A stretch of 64,000 nt of DNA, taken from positions 201,872,001 to 201,936,000 of the forward strand of contig OZ024743.1 in assembly GCA_964016885.1 (NCBI GenBank), written 5' to 3'. A model generated the notes under the pieces. It had not been told where the DNA came from and did no database searches. It saw only the letters and a program-made list of their open reading frames with translations. Source of the DNA: Eledone cirrhosa (Eukaryota). The translations under genes and the position numbers were made by a program. Position 1 is the stretch's first letter. Every line of letters starts with the position of its first letter. Of this stretch, positions 12,927 to 27,205 are shown one piece after another.

Positions 12927-13231
12927 GCGCGGGGACATAGAAATAATCGGTCTGGATGTCCGATCGCGCAGTTAAACCACTGGGAGTGAAGAACCCCTAG
13001 CCCTTGTCAGGGCATTCTTCTAGGAGAAGGCATCTCAGGAAACTGGGTTAACTCCGACATAAAACCTGCGGCTCAGTAGTTACCGATAATGTTGATCTTT
13101 TCTTCTTTTCGGGTTATAGCTACTGTCGCTCAAAGAGTGGGATTGGCTCAGTGCACAGTCTTTCCTAACTTTAAAAATATTCGTCACGCACAGGCATTGC
13201 ACGAGTGCATTAATAATTATTAATAGTGTAC

Positions 13232-13270
<39 letters not shown>

Positions 13271-16200
13271 TATTATTACTTTTTTTTTTTTTTTTTTTCC
13301 AATTCAATGATGTTCCAGAACAATATAAAAGAGATAATTGGCAATTTAGGTTCTGGAACAAAAAAGATAATTGGCAATAAGGGCAGGGGCCCCAGGTTAT
13401 CACAGCCTGGGCCCGCTCGTCATCGTGCCATTGTAACAGAGCCAAACAAGGCATTTAGTCTTGGCTGCTGGAACGTACGGACGCTGCTTGACAGGGGTTC
13501 TTTGGAGCGTCCTGAACGAAGGACCGCTCTTGTTGCAAAGGAGCTTCGACGTTACGATCTTGACATCGTGGCTTTATCTGAGACGAGGTTAGCTGGAGAT
13601 GGTCATCTTACAGAATTTTGTGGAGAATATACATTCTTCTGGAAAGGAAGAGATGAAGGAACCAGAAGAGAGGCTGGGGTAGGATTTGCTGTTAAGACTC
13701 TACTTGTGAATAAATTAGAAGAATTCCCAGTAGGGATTAGTGAGCGTCTTATGTCCATGAGAGTTCCGCTGGACAAAGAAAGATATGCTACCCTGGTGAG
13801 TGTGTATGCTCCAACTTTCTGTCGATGAAGAAAAAGTGTCCTTTTACCATGCCTTGAAAGGTGTTTTAAGAAATATCCCTCAGGCAGACAAAGTCATCGT
13901 GCTTGGTGACTTTAATGCTAGAGTGAGTAGGGATTTTAACACATGGAATGTAATCGGAAGGCATGGGGTGTGAAAGTGTAACAGCAATGGTATGCTCCTG
14001 CTGCAGATGTGTGAGGAGCTGGATCTGTGTGTTACCAACACCATGTTCCAACAAAAGAACAAATTCAAGACCACATGGATGCATCCTGCATCTAAGGAAT
14101 GGCATCTTTTGGACTACGTCCTAGTCAAGATGCGTGACAGACAGGATGTGCAGTGTGTTCGTGCTCTTCGTGGAGCTGAGTGCTGGACGGACCACCGCCT
14201 GGTACGCGCAAAAGTGAAACTAATCACTAAACGTAAAATCCGGGCTCCTGGTGTTGCCCTGCCCAAAAGATTGAATGCTGCTCGTCTTAAGGATAAAAAT
14301 GTGAAGAGGACATTGGAAGAAGAGATGCAGGCTGCAGATCTTGGTGAGGATTGGCCGACCCTTAAAAGGTCGGTTTATGATGTAGGCAGGCGTGTTCTGG
14401 GATTGGTGCAGAGAAAACATCAGGACTGGTTTAATGAGAATGATGTACATATAGAAGACTTGGTGGCTGATAAGAGGCGTGCTCTGTCACGCTACTTGAC
14501 GGCAAAACCACAGGAGAGGAGTACGTTGCATGAGGAACTCATGGATGTAAAATCACGTGTTAGCTGGAGTCTTTCTCAGATGAAGGATCAGTGGTGGAGT
14601 GAGAAGGCTAATGAGATACAAACTGCGTCAGATTCCAATAACACAAAGCTGTTATACAGTCTCTTACGTGAGGGTTATGGACCGTCTTCTTCTTTGGTGA
14701 CACCACTTCGCAGCAAGGATGGCAAAGAACTTCTTCGTGACTCACAAGGAATTCTACGAAGGTGGTGAGAGCACTTTGATGATCTTTTGAATCAGCCGTC
14801 TGTCGTCAGTGAAGATTTCCTCAATCTCATTCCAGAAAGTCCTGTGAAAGTAGCTCTCGCAGAACCTCCGACGCTTGTGGAGGTTGCAGTGGCTATTTCG
14901 AAGCTGAACAGTGGAAGATCTCCAAGTATGGATGGCATGCATGCTGAGCTCCTACAATATGGTGGTGAGAGACTCCTGTAACATGTCGGAGCCTATCTCA
15001 ATAAAAAATGGAGTGAAACAGGGGGATATTCCAGCACCGACCCTGTTTGCCATATACTTTGCAATGGTTTTCTGTATTGCATTCAGGAATTGCGAGCATG
15101 GTGTTTACATCCGATATCTAACCTCAGGCAGCATATTTAACATCAAGCGCTTTGCTGCGAAGACAAAAGTATTTACATCAATCATAAGAGACCTCTTGTA
15201 TGCAGATGATTGCGATCTTGTAGCGCACACAGAGAGTGATATGCAGCACATTTTGAATGCATTTTCTGACGCTTGCACTGCCCTAGGATTGACTGTCAGT
15301 CTCAAGAAAACCGTCGTCATGTACCACCCTGCCCCTGGTAAGCAGTACACTGAACCAAACATCTATGTGTATGGCAAACGACTTGGAGTGGTTGATCAGT
15401 TTGTCTACCTGGGAAGCACTGTCAATCGATACAGCAACCTTGACAGTGAAATCTCACTTAGGATTAGGAAAGCAAGTGATGCTTTCGGAAAGCTAGAAAG
15501 GCGACTCTGGGGTCGGCGAGACATATGCAGGAGGACAAAGGTAAAGGTGTACAGGGCATGTGTGCTCTCTTGTCTTCCTTATGCCTGCGAGACCTGGGTC
15601 ACATATCGACACCACCTTAAGCAATTGGAGCGTTTCCATCAGATGTGTCTCAGACGGATCCATGGCGTTCACTGGAGGGACCACATCAGTGATGTCGAGA
15701 TTTTGGAAAGCTCTATGTGTGACAGTATAGAAGCTCTTGTGCTTAAGCAACGACTCCGTTGGAGTGGTCACCTTGCCAGGATGAAGGATTCTAGAATACC
15801 AAAACAACGCTTTTATGGAGAGTTGGTTAAAGGAAAACGACCGCCACATAAACTAAAAAAGAGGTATAAGGATTCCTTGAAAGCCTCTCTGAAAGACGCT
15901 AACATCTCTGCTGATACATGGGAAAATAATGCTGCTGATCGTAATAAATGGAGAAAGACTGTATATGAGGGAAAAGTTGCCTTTGAGGCATCTCGAATCG
16001 CATACGAGAAAGTAAAGAGGGATGTGAGGAAGGGCATTGCTGTTGCATTTCCAGACGGCGTGGGTCCTCCTATGGTGCTGACATGTGCGAGACTCTGCCT
16101 AAGCAAAGCTGGACTCGAAAGTCATCTTCGCAGTCATAAAGTAAGACCAGTGGTTGACTACCAGGCTGATGTTGGAGATGCTACTCATCATGCTTGCCAA

Positions 16201-16377
16201 ACATGTGGTAGAGAATGTAAATCAGCAGGAGGGCTCAAGCGACATCCAAAAGTACACGAACTCCAACCACAGCCGACTATTCCCAGTGAATGTTTTGGTT
16301 GCCGACTCTGTGCAAGACATTTTAGATCATTGGCTGGGCTAAAAAGCCACATTCGATCGCAGCGCTGTTAGTTGCTA

Positions 16378-16410
<33 letters not shown>

Positions 16411-16482
16411 TGTGTGTGTGTGTGTGTATATATATATGAATATGTATATTATTATTGTTGTTGTCGTTATTATTATTATTGC

Positions 16483-16519
<37 letters not shown>

Positions 16520-16585
16520 GTTATTAATGTGTGTGTATATATGTGTGAGTGTATGTGTATGTATGTGTGTATGTATATATGTATG

Positions 16586-16653
<68 letters not shown>

Positions 16654-16685
16654 TTTCTCTTTATCTTTTTTTTTTTTTTTTTTAA

Positions 16686-16717
<32 letters not shown>

Positions 16718-16873
16718 TTTTTATTTTTTATTTTTTTATTTTTCTTATTTCATTTTTTTTTTCTTGTGCAATGGCCATACTCGATAACGAGGGGGCAGCG
16801 ATCATGTATGTATGTATGTATGTTTGTATGTATGTATGTATGTATGTATGTATGTATGTATGTATGTATGTAT
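12927..16873 (+). mobile_element. RTE-clade LINE (APE endonuclease + RT + C2H2 fingers), inactivated, (TATG)n tail
   Basis: GCWNVRTL, LSETR, GDFNARV, LDYVLV, WTDHRLV (APE); GVKQGD, LYADD, RLRWSGH (RT/thumb); three C2H2-like fingers; 3' end at 16764-16803 then (TATG)n. Confidence 0.9.
13440..16371 (+). pseudogene. Disrupted RTE ORF with internal RT deletion near 14978
   Basis: ORF pieces 13226-13828, 13992-14768, 14787-14981, 14911-16371; RT motifs between GGERLL and NGVKQGD are missing. Confidence 0.87.
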
Positions 16874-16874
16874 G

Positions 16875-17250
16875 TTGACTTGTTCTTCTTTTTGGTAAAT
16901 ATCATCTTGGTTAAGAGAGTGGGACTGGCTCTGTGCAGTGCCTTTGCTCACTATAAAAGCTTCACGGCACAGGCATTGCTTTATATCTGGAGATCTCTCT
17001 ACACTTGTCGTCACATGGTACCATGGGCCTAGCACTTTGTGTCAATAATTGTCACAAGTGTAGTGTTTGTACCAGAGTTTTCAAGTCGCTGGCTGGTCTA
17101 AAAAGTCACACTCGTTCAGCTCATCGGTAGCGGTTCTCCTACATGGGTATAAAGTAGTGGCCGTACTCGAAAACGAGTTGGCAGCCATCATGTATGTATG
17201 TATGTATGTATGTATGTATGTATGTATGTATGTATGCATGTATGTATGTA
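16875..17250 (+). mobile_element. 5'-truncated 3' fragment of a related RTE subfamily
   Basis: Encodes KCSVCTRVFKSLAGLKSHTRS*; ends GGCCGTACTCGAAAACGAGTTGGCAGCCATCA + (TGTA)n. Confidence 0.75.
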
Positions 17251-17367
17251 TACATGTTCAAATTTATATATGTATTTGACAGTTAGTAACATATCCAAGA
17301 GCCCGAATGGTTACAGGTGAAAATATAATCAGCATTGAGCTTCTGCAGATTCTTCATTAGTTCAACA

Positions 17368-17727
17368 CTAGCTGACGTACCCAGCTTCGCCTGGGTAAAT
17401 AGATGATAAGAGAAGACAGGTAAAAGAGAAAATGACTGTATTGGTTGTTTGTCTGGTTACAGTATGAGGCAAGTCGCTGGTGTCTGTGTGATACAGAAAA
17501 CAGTAAAAATAAATCTTCCAGATATACCAGATTCTTCGTTGTACCGTTTGTGCATAGTATATGAACAATTCTAGGTGCTCCCACCTAGAATAGTGACCCC
17601 TAGGAGATGGTTCATCTTCTGCCTGACTGGAAAACGTGTATCATTGCATAGACGTGGTTGTTTCACGTTTCTCAAAAGGATGATGGAAGTTCCAATCTTT
17701 TATAATATATGTAGATATAGATATAGA
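17368..17727 (-). mobile_element. Non-autonomous Helitron
   Basis: Minus strand starts A|TCTATATC.. and ends in hairpin ACCCAGGCGAAGCTGGGT + CTAG|T. Confidence 0.75.
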
Positions 17728-17739
17728 TAATTAATGTAA

Positions 17740-18440
17740 AAGATGATGCTCAGCCAGTTCGTCTTCAACCATCGCAGCACGCCGTCGCTACTTGGCTCCA
17801 GTGTTTCGTTGGCGTTGTTCAGCCAGCTCCTCTTCATTCATGGCGGCACGTCTTCGCCTCTGAAATACGGCGTTCCGATGGCGCTCTTCGGCCCGTTTTT
17901 CTTTATTCCTGGCTGCACGCTGTCGCCGCTGTAGTTCACTGTTTGATAAAGTCGAATTGCTTTTATTATCAGTATTCATTTCGAGCACTTGTCAAACAAT
18001 GACTCAATAATAAATATAAAAGATGTAAAAAAAGGTCCCTATTTACTCCCTTCACAACTCTGTGTATGTTAGACTAACAGACAGGCACACAGACAGATAA
18101 ACTGCGTGGCGATTGTGGAACGCCCCACGTACACACACATACACGCATGGAAACGCGCACACGCACGCAAACTTACACACGCACCTGTGCACTTACACAC
18201 ACTTACACACTCACACATGTTGATAGTTTTTACTTTCTGTGGAACACTGCACGCATCACACACACATAAATATACGCGCACGTACATACACACGCACACA
18301 TGGTAATAGTTACAGCGTTCACTTTGCCTCTCTGTTTCTTACTCTCCCCTCTCACTCTCTCATTGGCATTATGCGTATTAATTGATGTTTGGCGTCGTTG
18401 AGGTGGGCGGAGTCATTTGAAACCTATGAACCAATGATAA
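17740..18440 (-). mobile_element. Possible Helitron 5' fragment with charged N-terminal ORF start
   Basis: ORF 17788-17988 (QRRQRAARNKEKRAEERHRNAVFQRRRRAAM) resembles R/E/Q-rich RepHel N-termini. Confidence 0.35.
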
Positions 18441-18459
18441 TCGAGAATTATGACTCACA

Positions 18460-20941
18460 GAATACTGACGTTCTTGAAATTAATATATAGATAAATGTTA
18501 AACTTTTCAATAATATTTAGCACTATATTGACATCTGCTTGGTATTTAATTTCCACGAATTCATCTTTCATTGCTCCCATATGTTTACATTTTATTGGAG
18601 GTTTGACTGGAACATTCCACCAGTACTTGTTTATATTATGTATGCATATGCCCTTCACACCCCTGTAACAACTTATGTATATTCGCCGGAATGTCGTTTC
18701 TAGGGATTGTTTTGTGTAGTGTTTTGACCACTACATTATGCCTTATAATTAGATAGTATCGTGTTGTTATCTTTGGATAGCTACTTATGATGTGGGTTAT
18801 ATCCCCGATGTTTATTCCACAGAGTCTGAATCTGTTGTCACATTTGGTGTTCTGGTTTGCATTACTATCTCTTTTGCATTACTAATTGAATTAAGTATTT
18901 TGTTGTTACATCGAATTCTTGAAATGCAAAAGCATATCTTTCAAAGTGAGAGTCAATATACCAGTTGTTTGTCCCAAATAAACTACTTTGCTTAACTATA
19001 TGAGTTTCAAGTTGAGTGTTTCTGACAACATAGCCATGCTGTAATTTTTACAGATTAGCATGCACATTTTCATCCACGGATTCTATGCGGTATTGCTGTA
19101 CAGTTGTCCTTGGTCTGTGGTTTTGTTTATCCTGCAAGGGGTATTTCTGAAGGAGCCTTTTCCCAACTCTCTTGATGCTATCTGCCTTATGTAGACAGTC
19201 TTGTTCTATAGATGGGCCGCTAACGCTTTATGGTACGTAGATGTCGAAGGGATATGATGCGACACTCATATGTGATTTGTATTGATGTTAAACATCTACC
19301 TTCCTGCTTATGTTTCAGTCTATGTCTCGAATTTCATCTAGCGTCTCATCAAGTAGAGTCAGTCTATGTCTCGAATGTTATCTAGTGTCTCGTCAAATAC
19401 TTGAAATGTTGGTGTCAGTCCAGACGCACCAAGCACATTGTAGGCAATTGGCTAGTGTGCAGACAGTTCCGAAGACCATATATTTCTTATTCGGGTGTTA
19501 TATTCCCTGGATTCTCTTTCTCTGTTACAAATTCCCTCACAGTATATATTTTCATCTATCCCTAAATATCTGTAACAGTCCTTGTCAGATACCGCTGAAA
19601 CAGACAGGCCATTGATAGAGATGCTGCTAGATGAGCTTGTAATTTTTCCTCGCTTTGCAATCTTATAGTAACATTTATCCTGACCAAAATCCATTCCTGT
19701 CTCCTTCGAGAACGTCGTAAACAGGTAAAGGTTTTTCTTCATACAATTTGTATTTTGGCATAGAGTTTCATGTATTAGATTTGTTTCTCGTCTCCCGTGA
19801 ACCAATTATATATCCTTCATATTTCCTCAACATAACGGACAAGGGTTTTACTGACAGTACAGCTAGTATTGTAGATATTTTCTTTCTTTCAATGACAATA
19901 CTGTCCCTCTTCTCTATTTAACTTCGAGAGAGTGGACCATGAAAACCATAGGTTCTTTATAGTTTTGGTTATGGTATCTTGGTCTCTGTGAGTCGAAACG
20001 CCTTCAGCATTCAATGATGGAGAACAGAATTAAATGCTTGTTCATCTGAGATGTTATTGTTATTGTCACAGTGATGCTGGAGGAATAAATTCAGACATGC
20101 TTTATACATTTTTAACATTAGATTTTGGCATGCAATAGTTCGGTAGGTTTTATTTCCAAAATGTGTTCTTTTCTGCTAATGTCAGCCAGCATGGTATATG
20201 TGTATCGCTCTTGAGAACCAGTTAGATATTAATAAGATAATAAGATATATACGATAGATTGTCAATTCTTTTGTACAAGTAACCAAAGTGAAATCTCTTC
20301 CTGGTGCTTTCTTATCTTGTATTGTTTTAACTATCACAGTTTCAAGGGTATCATCATCGATGATGTACGTTTTTGGTGTAATGAAGAGCCAGTAGTTAGT
20401 TTGGATCTCTTTCAAACTCTTTCTGGGACGAGATATAAGTAAAATTTATTGATTTCCCCCTCACACCTCTATAGACTAATAATTGGTTTCGATTGAATCT
20501 TTTATAAATCATTTTCCTTTCAGTCACTCTTTTCTGATATTGGAGCATCTCACTGACAGCCCTCAATTCTTGTTTGAGGGTGATCAACTTGTATTGAAGA
20601 ATTCTGTTTGTGCTGTTTCTAAACAACAATTCTATTTTATTTTTCATTCTTTGTTGGTGAGGAGGGTAGTTGTTTTTGTTTTCGTTTACACGTGATAAAT
20701 ATTGTCATATGGCCGATAGTTTTTCGGATGTCAGTGGTCTTCTTTCTTATTTTGAAATACACGATGGCATTTTTGGTGTTGTTTTGTGTCTATTATCTTC
20801 TCTATTGTCACCAAGAAAATGTTTTACTGTCATCGCTAGGACATATAGACAGGCATTAATTTGTATGTACGATGTATGTACGATGTATGTATGTATGTAT
20901 GTATGTATGTATGTATGTATGTATGTATGTATGTATGTATG

Positions 20942-20973
<32 letters not shown>

Positions 20974-21190
20974 GTCCTGAGATCTGTTCCTGTATCGGGC
21001 AGTGTGTTGAGATCTCTGGCAATAATTTATATCCTGTTACTCCCGTCCACATATAGAACTCGATGTAGCAACGACTCCAAACATCATCTTCTAATAACTA
21101 AATAGATTCTACTGTTTGTAGTTTGTACATCCAAACTGATAGAGACACTTTAAAAATGCAAACGTAAAGTATTTATGTTATAAATTGCTG
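18460..21190 (-). pseudogene. Heavily decayed second R4/Dong-like retrotransposon
   Basis: Fragments GMDFGQDKC..YRYLGIDEN, KKAPGRD, LKQELRAVSEMLQYQK and KYWWNVPVK align in order to the 6.3-10.5 kb element. Confidence 0.75.
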
Positions 21191-21710
21191 TCCTCACGTT
21201 CACAACTTGTTCATTGAAATGTTGCATAATGATACATCATCTCAAGAAGGTCACAGACTGTAGGCTTTTTTGAAATTTGTTCTTTTTAGCTCCTGAGATA
21301 AAAAAAAGTAAGTGTTGTTGTGAATCGCAATACACGTTGGAAAACGTTATTGATTAGAAAAAATGATTAATTTAGAATAATTTTGTTAGTACAATATTTA
21401 GCGAAAAAATAAACATTTCTGAGAAAATTATAAAAAATGTATTTATTGTGGTGTAATAATAATTTTTATTTTTTTAAATTTTAATGAAGCTCAATCTAAA
21501 GCATCTTACCGATGACATAATAGTTGAGATTCCATAGTTTTGGGTGAATCAATATTCCGTGACCAACTGAAGAACACGAGAAACTTTCTAGAGCAATTTA
21601 ACCAAAGATTAGTAAATTCATGTTATAATATTTATTTTAGGAATTAATGAACCCACACAAGGCCGGAAAAGGCAGACATCATATATATATATACATACAC
21701 ACACATCACA

Positions 21711-21812
<102 letters not shown>

Positions 21813-21905
21813 CAAATATATTTATATATATATATATATACACATACGCACACATCACACGCAAAAACACATACACTCACATACGCACATATATATATGT
21901 ATATA

Positions 21906-22771
21906 AGAGGTGTGTAAGAAAAGTTCCAGGACTGATGTCACAAAAGATTTATTTCAAACCCAAACTTCACACTAAAAGTTTTCTCCTTCAAATAATCCCC
22001 CTGGAGTCTAATGTACTTTTCCATCTTTTTCTGCCACGCTTGCATCCACTCCTGGAAGGATTCTTCCGGCATCCTCCGCAGTTCCGTCGTCACAGCCTTT
22101 TTGATGTCGTCTACATCTTCAAAACGGGTCCCCTCCGGGTCGTACTCGAAGATCCATGACTCATCACCGGTGATGACTGTCCCTAGCATGTCTGGTTCGG
22201 TTTCAAGACGCTCGAGGATGTCCTGGCACACTTGCATGCGTCGACCCTTCTGGTCATCGTTCAGCAGTTTTGGCACCATCTTCTCGCAGACTTTCCGCAT
22301 GTCCAAATCTTCAGTGAGAATCTTCCAGACGCTGTCCCGATTCATGCCCAGCTCATTTGCCATCAGTCGAACAGTCAGCCGACGATCACTACACACCATC
22401 TGCCTGACGCGCTCAACGTTGACCTCAGTCCTGGTTGTTGAGGGCCTTCCGCTCCTGGGGTCATCTTGCAACTCTCAAAAACACGTGAGCGTGACATCGT
22501 CTCATCTCCATACACTTGCTGCAGCAATCCCAGTGCTTATGTGCCAGAAACTTCAAGTTTGTTCGTTGCTCTGTGCGCAATGCTTGACGACCTGAAACAG
22601 AGGACATGTATATAAAATTATGAAGAAAAAAGTTTGATCTCTTCAGAGAGCTAAGATTACAGTTACATACTCCAGGGGGATTACTTTGAAGGAGAAAACT
22701 CTTAGTGTGAAGTTTGGATTTGAAATAAATCTTTTGTGACATCAGTCCTGGAACTTTTCTGACACACCTCG
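21906..22771 (-). mobile_element. Internally deleted mariner transposon, ~100-bp TIRs, TA target duplication
   Basis: TA|aGAGGTGTGTAAGAAAAGTTCCAGGACTGATG...CATCAGTCCTGGAACTTTTCTGACACACCTCG|TA; ORF has DDPRSGRP, MVPKLL, ITGDESWIFEYDPE joined directly to GTRFEDVDDIK. Confidence 0.92.
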
Positions 22772-23087
22772 TATATAAACATATATATTTTTATGTGTGT
22801 GTGTCTGTGTTTGTAAGTGTGATGTGTGCGTACGAGTGTGTGTATGGTTATCACGCATTTAACGCGCTCTTAGATATTACGTTGTGAAAATATTTCTTAT
22901 TACTAATGTGAGGAAAAAAACTCAAATCGCCTCCGCTATGATTCTTTTCCGATAATTCTTTTCCTGGGGTTCTTCGAAATATAATTATGTCCAAGAGACA
23001 TAATTATATTTCGCTTTCATTTTGCATTTGAAAGTTTGTTGCACTTAACATACTATTGCTTCAGTGTAAAAAATACAATTGTGAACA

Positions 23088-23177
<90 letters not shown>

Positions 23178-23796
23178 TGAAAAGTATGTATATATATATA
23201 AATAAATTGACGGAGTAGCCCGTCATTGCCAGGCAATTTTCTCAATAGAATGCCTTTGTTCCACTTTTCTTTTTATTCCATGTCTTCCCCGTGCCTCATC
23301 TCCCTTTACATATTCCCCGTGGACCGTCCTCGTGAATCGTCAATCGTCCCCACTATGATTTCCCTGGAAATATACTAAATGTTGACGTAGTATCAATGAC
23401 ATGTTGTGTACTTTAGTGTGAACGTCTTCACCTAAACATGGGGTGACCTCAGTGAGGATAACTCTCTGCCACATAGCAACAACAATTCCCTCTGCTGACG
23501 GCATAGATGGACGGAATATTATGGCAAGGTTGTAGAAATGCATCAAAGTATCAATAAAAAACAGTCTACATAATTTGTCACTGTAACAGTGATTGATAAT
23601 ATTGCTATTTTTTTTCTTTTATTCTTTTCAGAATAAAAAAAAATCCATGTACCCAGAAACCTTCTTCGGACGCAGATTCTGAAAATTAAATCAGTTTGTC
23701 TCTAGATTGCAACCTTCGGACCCTTTCGGTGACATACACACATAAATACCATAAATACATACAAACATATACTTACACACACACGCTCTCAAATGT

Positions 23797-23952
23797 GTAG
23801 TATCGGTAGAGTGTCAGCTACCATGCTTTCCAGCAAAGAGTTATGTCCCTTTCCGGTCTGAGTTCAAATCCCGCTGAGATTAACTTTGCCTTTCATCCTT
23901 ACGGGGTCGATAAAATAAAGTTGCTGGCCTTATGCCAAATGTAGAAACAATT
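23797..23952 (+). mobile_element. tRNA/Nin-domain SINE
   Basis: GAGTTCAAATCCCGCTGAGATTAACTTTGCCTTTCATCCTTACGGGGTCGATAAAAT. Confidence 0.8.
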
Positions 23953-24667
23953 ATATATATATGTGTGTGTGTGTGTGGGGGGGGGGGGGTATCTGCGTAA
24001 ATGTGTATTAGTGTTTGCGCGTGTATAAATTTCGGCAGCAGCGTTAATCTAAAGCCATAGAAGCTAAAATAAAATAACATTTAATCTACCCTAGAAGTAA
24101 ATTAAAATCAATTTCATTCTACTGTTCGGTACTCCAAGGTCGTAATAAACCTTGAGCGGTTGCCGAGCATCTCCAGTTTAGTCAACCTCATGAATAATAC
24201 AGTCCGATAACTATTTCAGATTTCCAGTGCAATGTGAAACAGAGAAATCTAAAATCGTGTCATCATTTATGTTGATAGCTATAGTACTGGAGATGATGAT
24301 GGTATTGGTATTTGTAGCTTGTTTTTGAAGAAGGTTCATTGGTGGTAATAATTACAAAGTGAGATCAAATAATAATTACATTAAATGGTGTCTTATCAAG
24401 AGCGTATGTGTGTTGATCTTGTCTCTCTTTTCCTCACTGTCTCCGTCTTTCCCTCTCTCTCCATCACTCACTATATGCAAACGGTGGACAGAATAGAGAA
24501 GGCGAATGGAGGATGGCGAATGAGACGCAACAACAAGAACTGCAGCAATAACAGAGGCCGTAGTAGTAGCAACAATGAAATTAAGATCAGCAGCAATAGC
24601 AGCAGCAACAATAAAAGTAGTAAAAACGGGTGTAGTAGCAATTATGGTGATATTATAGTTGAGTTGT

Positions 24668-24851
24668 GGCGGTGGATTGGCAGTATCGGTAGAGGGTCGG
24701 ACGCCATGCTTTCCAGCTTAGTTACGTCCCTTTACGATCTGAGTTCAAATCCAGCCGAGGTTGACTTTGCCTTTCATCCTTACGGGGTCGATAAAATAAA
24801 GTACCAGTAATGTACTGGGTAATTGCTGGCCTTGTGCCAAAAGTAGAAACA
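24668..24851 (+). mobile_element. Full-length tRNA/Nin-domain SINE with 16-bp TSD
   Basis: ATTATAGTTGAGTTGT at 24652-24667 and 24852-24867; A and B boxes present. Confidence 0.92.
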
Positions 24852-24939
24852 ATTATAGTTGAGTTGTTATATCATCTAGAAATATTAGTGTCACATTGAC
24901 CACAACCACCAAAATCACCACAAGCACCAGAGCCACCAT

Positions 24940-25008
<69 letters not shown>

Positions 25009-26934
25009 AAGAGCAATTGTTGACTGATTAATCAACCATTCATAGGCATAATTACTAATTCAGAAGTTGATTAATAGAAGTCGAAGTCTTTTCAATGAAT
25101 CAATTTACTAAAAGAATTATCACTTTGGATTTTCATAGTAGTTATTGCTCTTATCATTGTTGCGGCTCTCGTCATTGTCGTTGTTGTTGTTATTGTTGTT
25201 GATATGTTTGCTGTTGTTAATATTGTTGTTGTTGTTACTGGTGATATTATTATCGTCGTTGTGGATATTGTGGTTATTCAGCACCAGATCGTATTTAATT
25301 AGGAAAAAAAAAAGAAAACCTTCCATACTGTCTTATTAAGGGTTAGGGTATTTCAATGTATCGCCTTAAGCCAGTAGGATATGATTTAAGAGAGCTTTTA
25401 ATGCTAGTTGTATCTAACGATGACATAAAATTCTCCTTGTTCCTCGTGTTTGATGTTGTAATTTGACATTCAAAAGGTTTCCGGAATAAAAGAAAATTAC
25501 AAACAACAAGGAATACAAAGCAATTGATTTACGCTGTAAGAAAGACACAAATGCGAGTTCACAGTTTTGGGTTGTCATACTTCACCAAGAAGAAACAATA
25601 AGAGAAAGATGCCAGAGGAACATGATATACCGTGGAAATTATGTTTTTTATAATGAACGCAACAATTGTTGTAATCGTCACCAATGCAATATGTTTAGTA
25701 ATAAAAGCCTCAAACCTTCCCCCATACGCCCCCATATGTATTTTAGTTATAAGAAGGGAATTAGGAAATATATGATTATCATAATATAGCATTCATAGTT
25801 GTGATATTGGTGAGTCCCCTTTACTGGTGGCATCAGTGATGTTGTAGTTCGTGAATTCGGTTCCATGTAGCTCGTTGTGTCTTTGGGTTTAGCACTTTAT
25901 ATTGGTGATATAGTGGTTGTAATTGAGATTTTGGGGAAAAGCTGTAGTTGTGAAGATGCGGTTCTAAACACCAGGTAAAAAGTCACGTAGATCTTACTGC
26001 GTTGAATAGCAAATATTTCTCTCCGAACACCATACAGTGTGTTTTTAAGGAGAGCGTATCAAGATGCATGACTATTTTCTTTGTCATTTCTTTGGTATGC
26101 ACATCAGGTAAGAGGATACAGTCTCGCTTTACATAATTTTGTCAGGCTACTTTCTTTTAAGAGAGTTTAGTGACATTAAACTTTTCTGTCGTATGTGCAA
26201 CACAGAAAAACTGCTGATCTCAAAAATATTATTTTACTTGGTGATTTATGTATATGTGGGCTAATATTGTTGGTGTAGTTATTGCTTCTCCCCTTCACCC
26301 CTCAAAATAGCTAGAATTGTTCATACTAATGGTATTGTCAATATAAATGTCATTAATGTTCTATTTCTCGTTTGTAACTTTTATTTACTTTGCTGTAGAA
26401 TATTTTTCTTATTTGGTTTAATTTGGTTTCTTATGCGAGTGGTAGACACTGACGTCATTATTTCTGTCTGTGTATATGGGTTGTGGTGGTGGCGTGGAGG
26501 ACATAGATGTTATTTCTCGAAACCAATTTATTTATAGATTATTTATGTATCTATGTATGTAGACAAATAAGTAAAAATAAATAGTTTGTATAAATATAAA
26601 CATTCTGATCGATGAACCCTGTAAAGGCATATTCAAAAATCAATGAAAATAGGTCATATTCTAATATATTTCTTTAATGTTGATATTACATAATTCGTAA
26701 TTTTATGGCTGCCTTTGACATAAGAAAACGACGCAAGACAATCAGTGAAGTCATCAAATGTAGTGAACATAATTGATTTAAAATATTTAGTTCATTAATT
26801 CGTACTGGCTTACAGTAAAATATAAACAAAGATCACACACGGGGGGGGGGGGGAGTGGCCCGGCCAGCGATTCGACCACTACGACGCCATCTTCGTATCA
26901 AGTCTTTACTGTAAACCAGTAAGGATGCCACAAT

Positions 26935-27205
26935 AATTATTTATTTACAATAGTTTATAACTTTGCCTATTAATCTGTATGGTGAGCAAATAGTGTCCCA
27001 CGTGCTGGCCTTCCCACAGCCCCGACGGACAGGATAGAGAAGGCGTTTCTCCGGAGGAGGGTAAGGGAGATGCGTTGGAAGAGCCATTCCAACTCGCGAG
27101 GGTCACACCTGCGGCTGGCCAGCTCAGCGCTTATGGAGGTGAATGGGGAGGTAGCCCTAGGGCCAGGGACACCAGAAGTCTCTAAGGGCACGACCGCGAA
27201 CCTGT
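26935..27205 (-). pseudogene. 3' fragment of a CRE-clade RLE retrotransposon
   Basis: FAVVPLETSGVPGPRA..WLFQRISLTLLRRNAFSILS matches the CRE-type C-terminus; (TAAA)n-like tail. Confidence 0.7.

Noticed and set aside
24668-24760. tRNA gene
   Set aside because: A/B boxes belong to a SINE head with TSD; no cloverleaf
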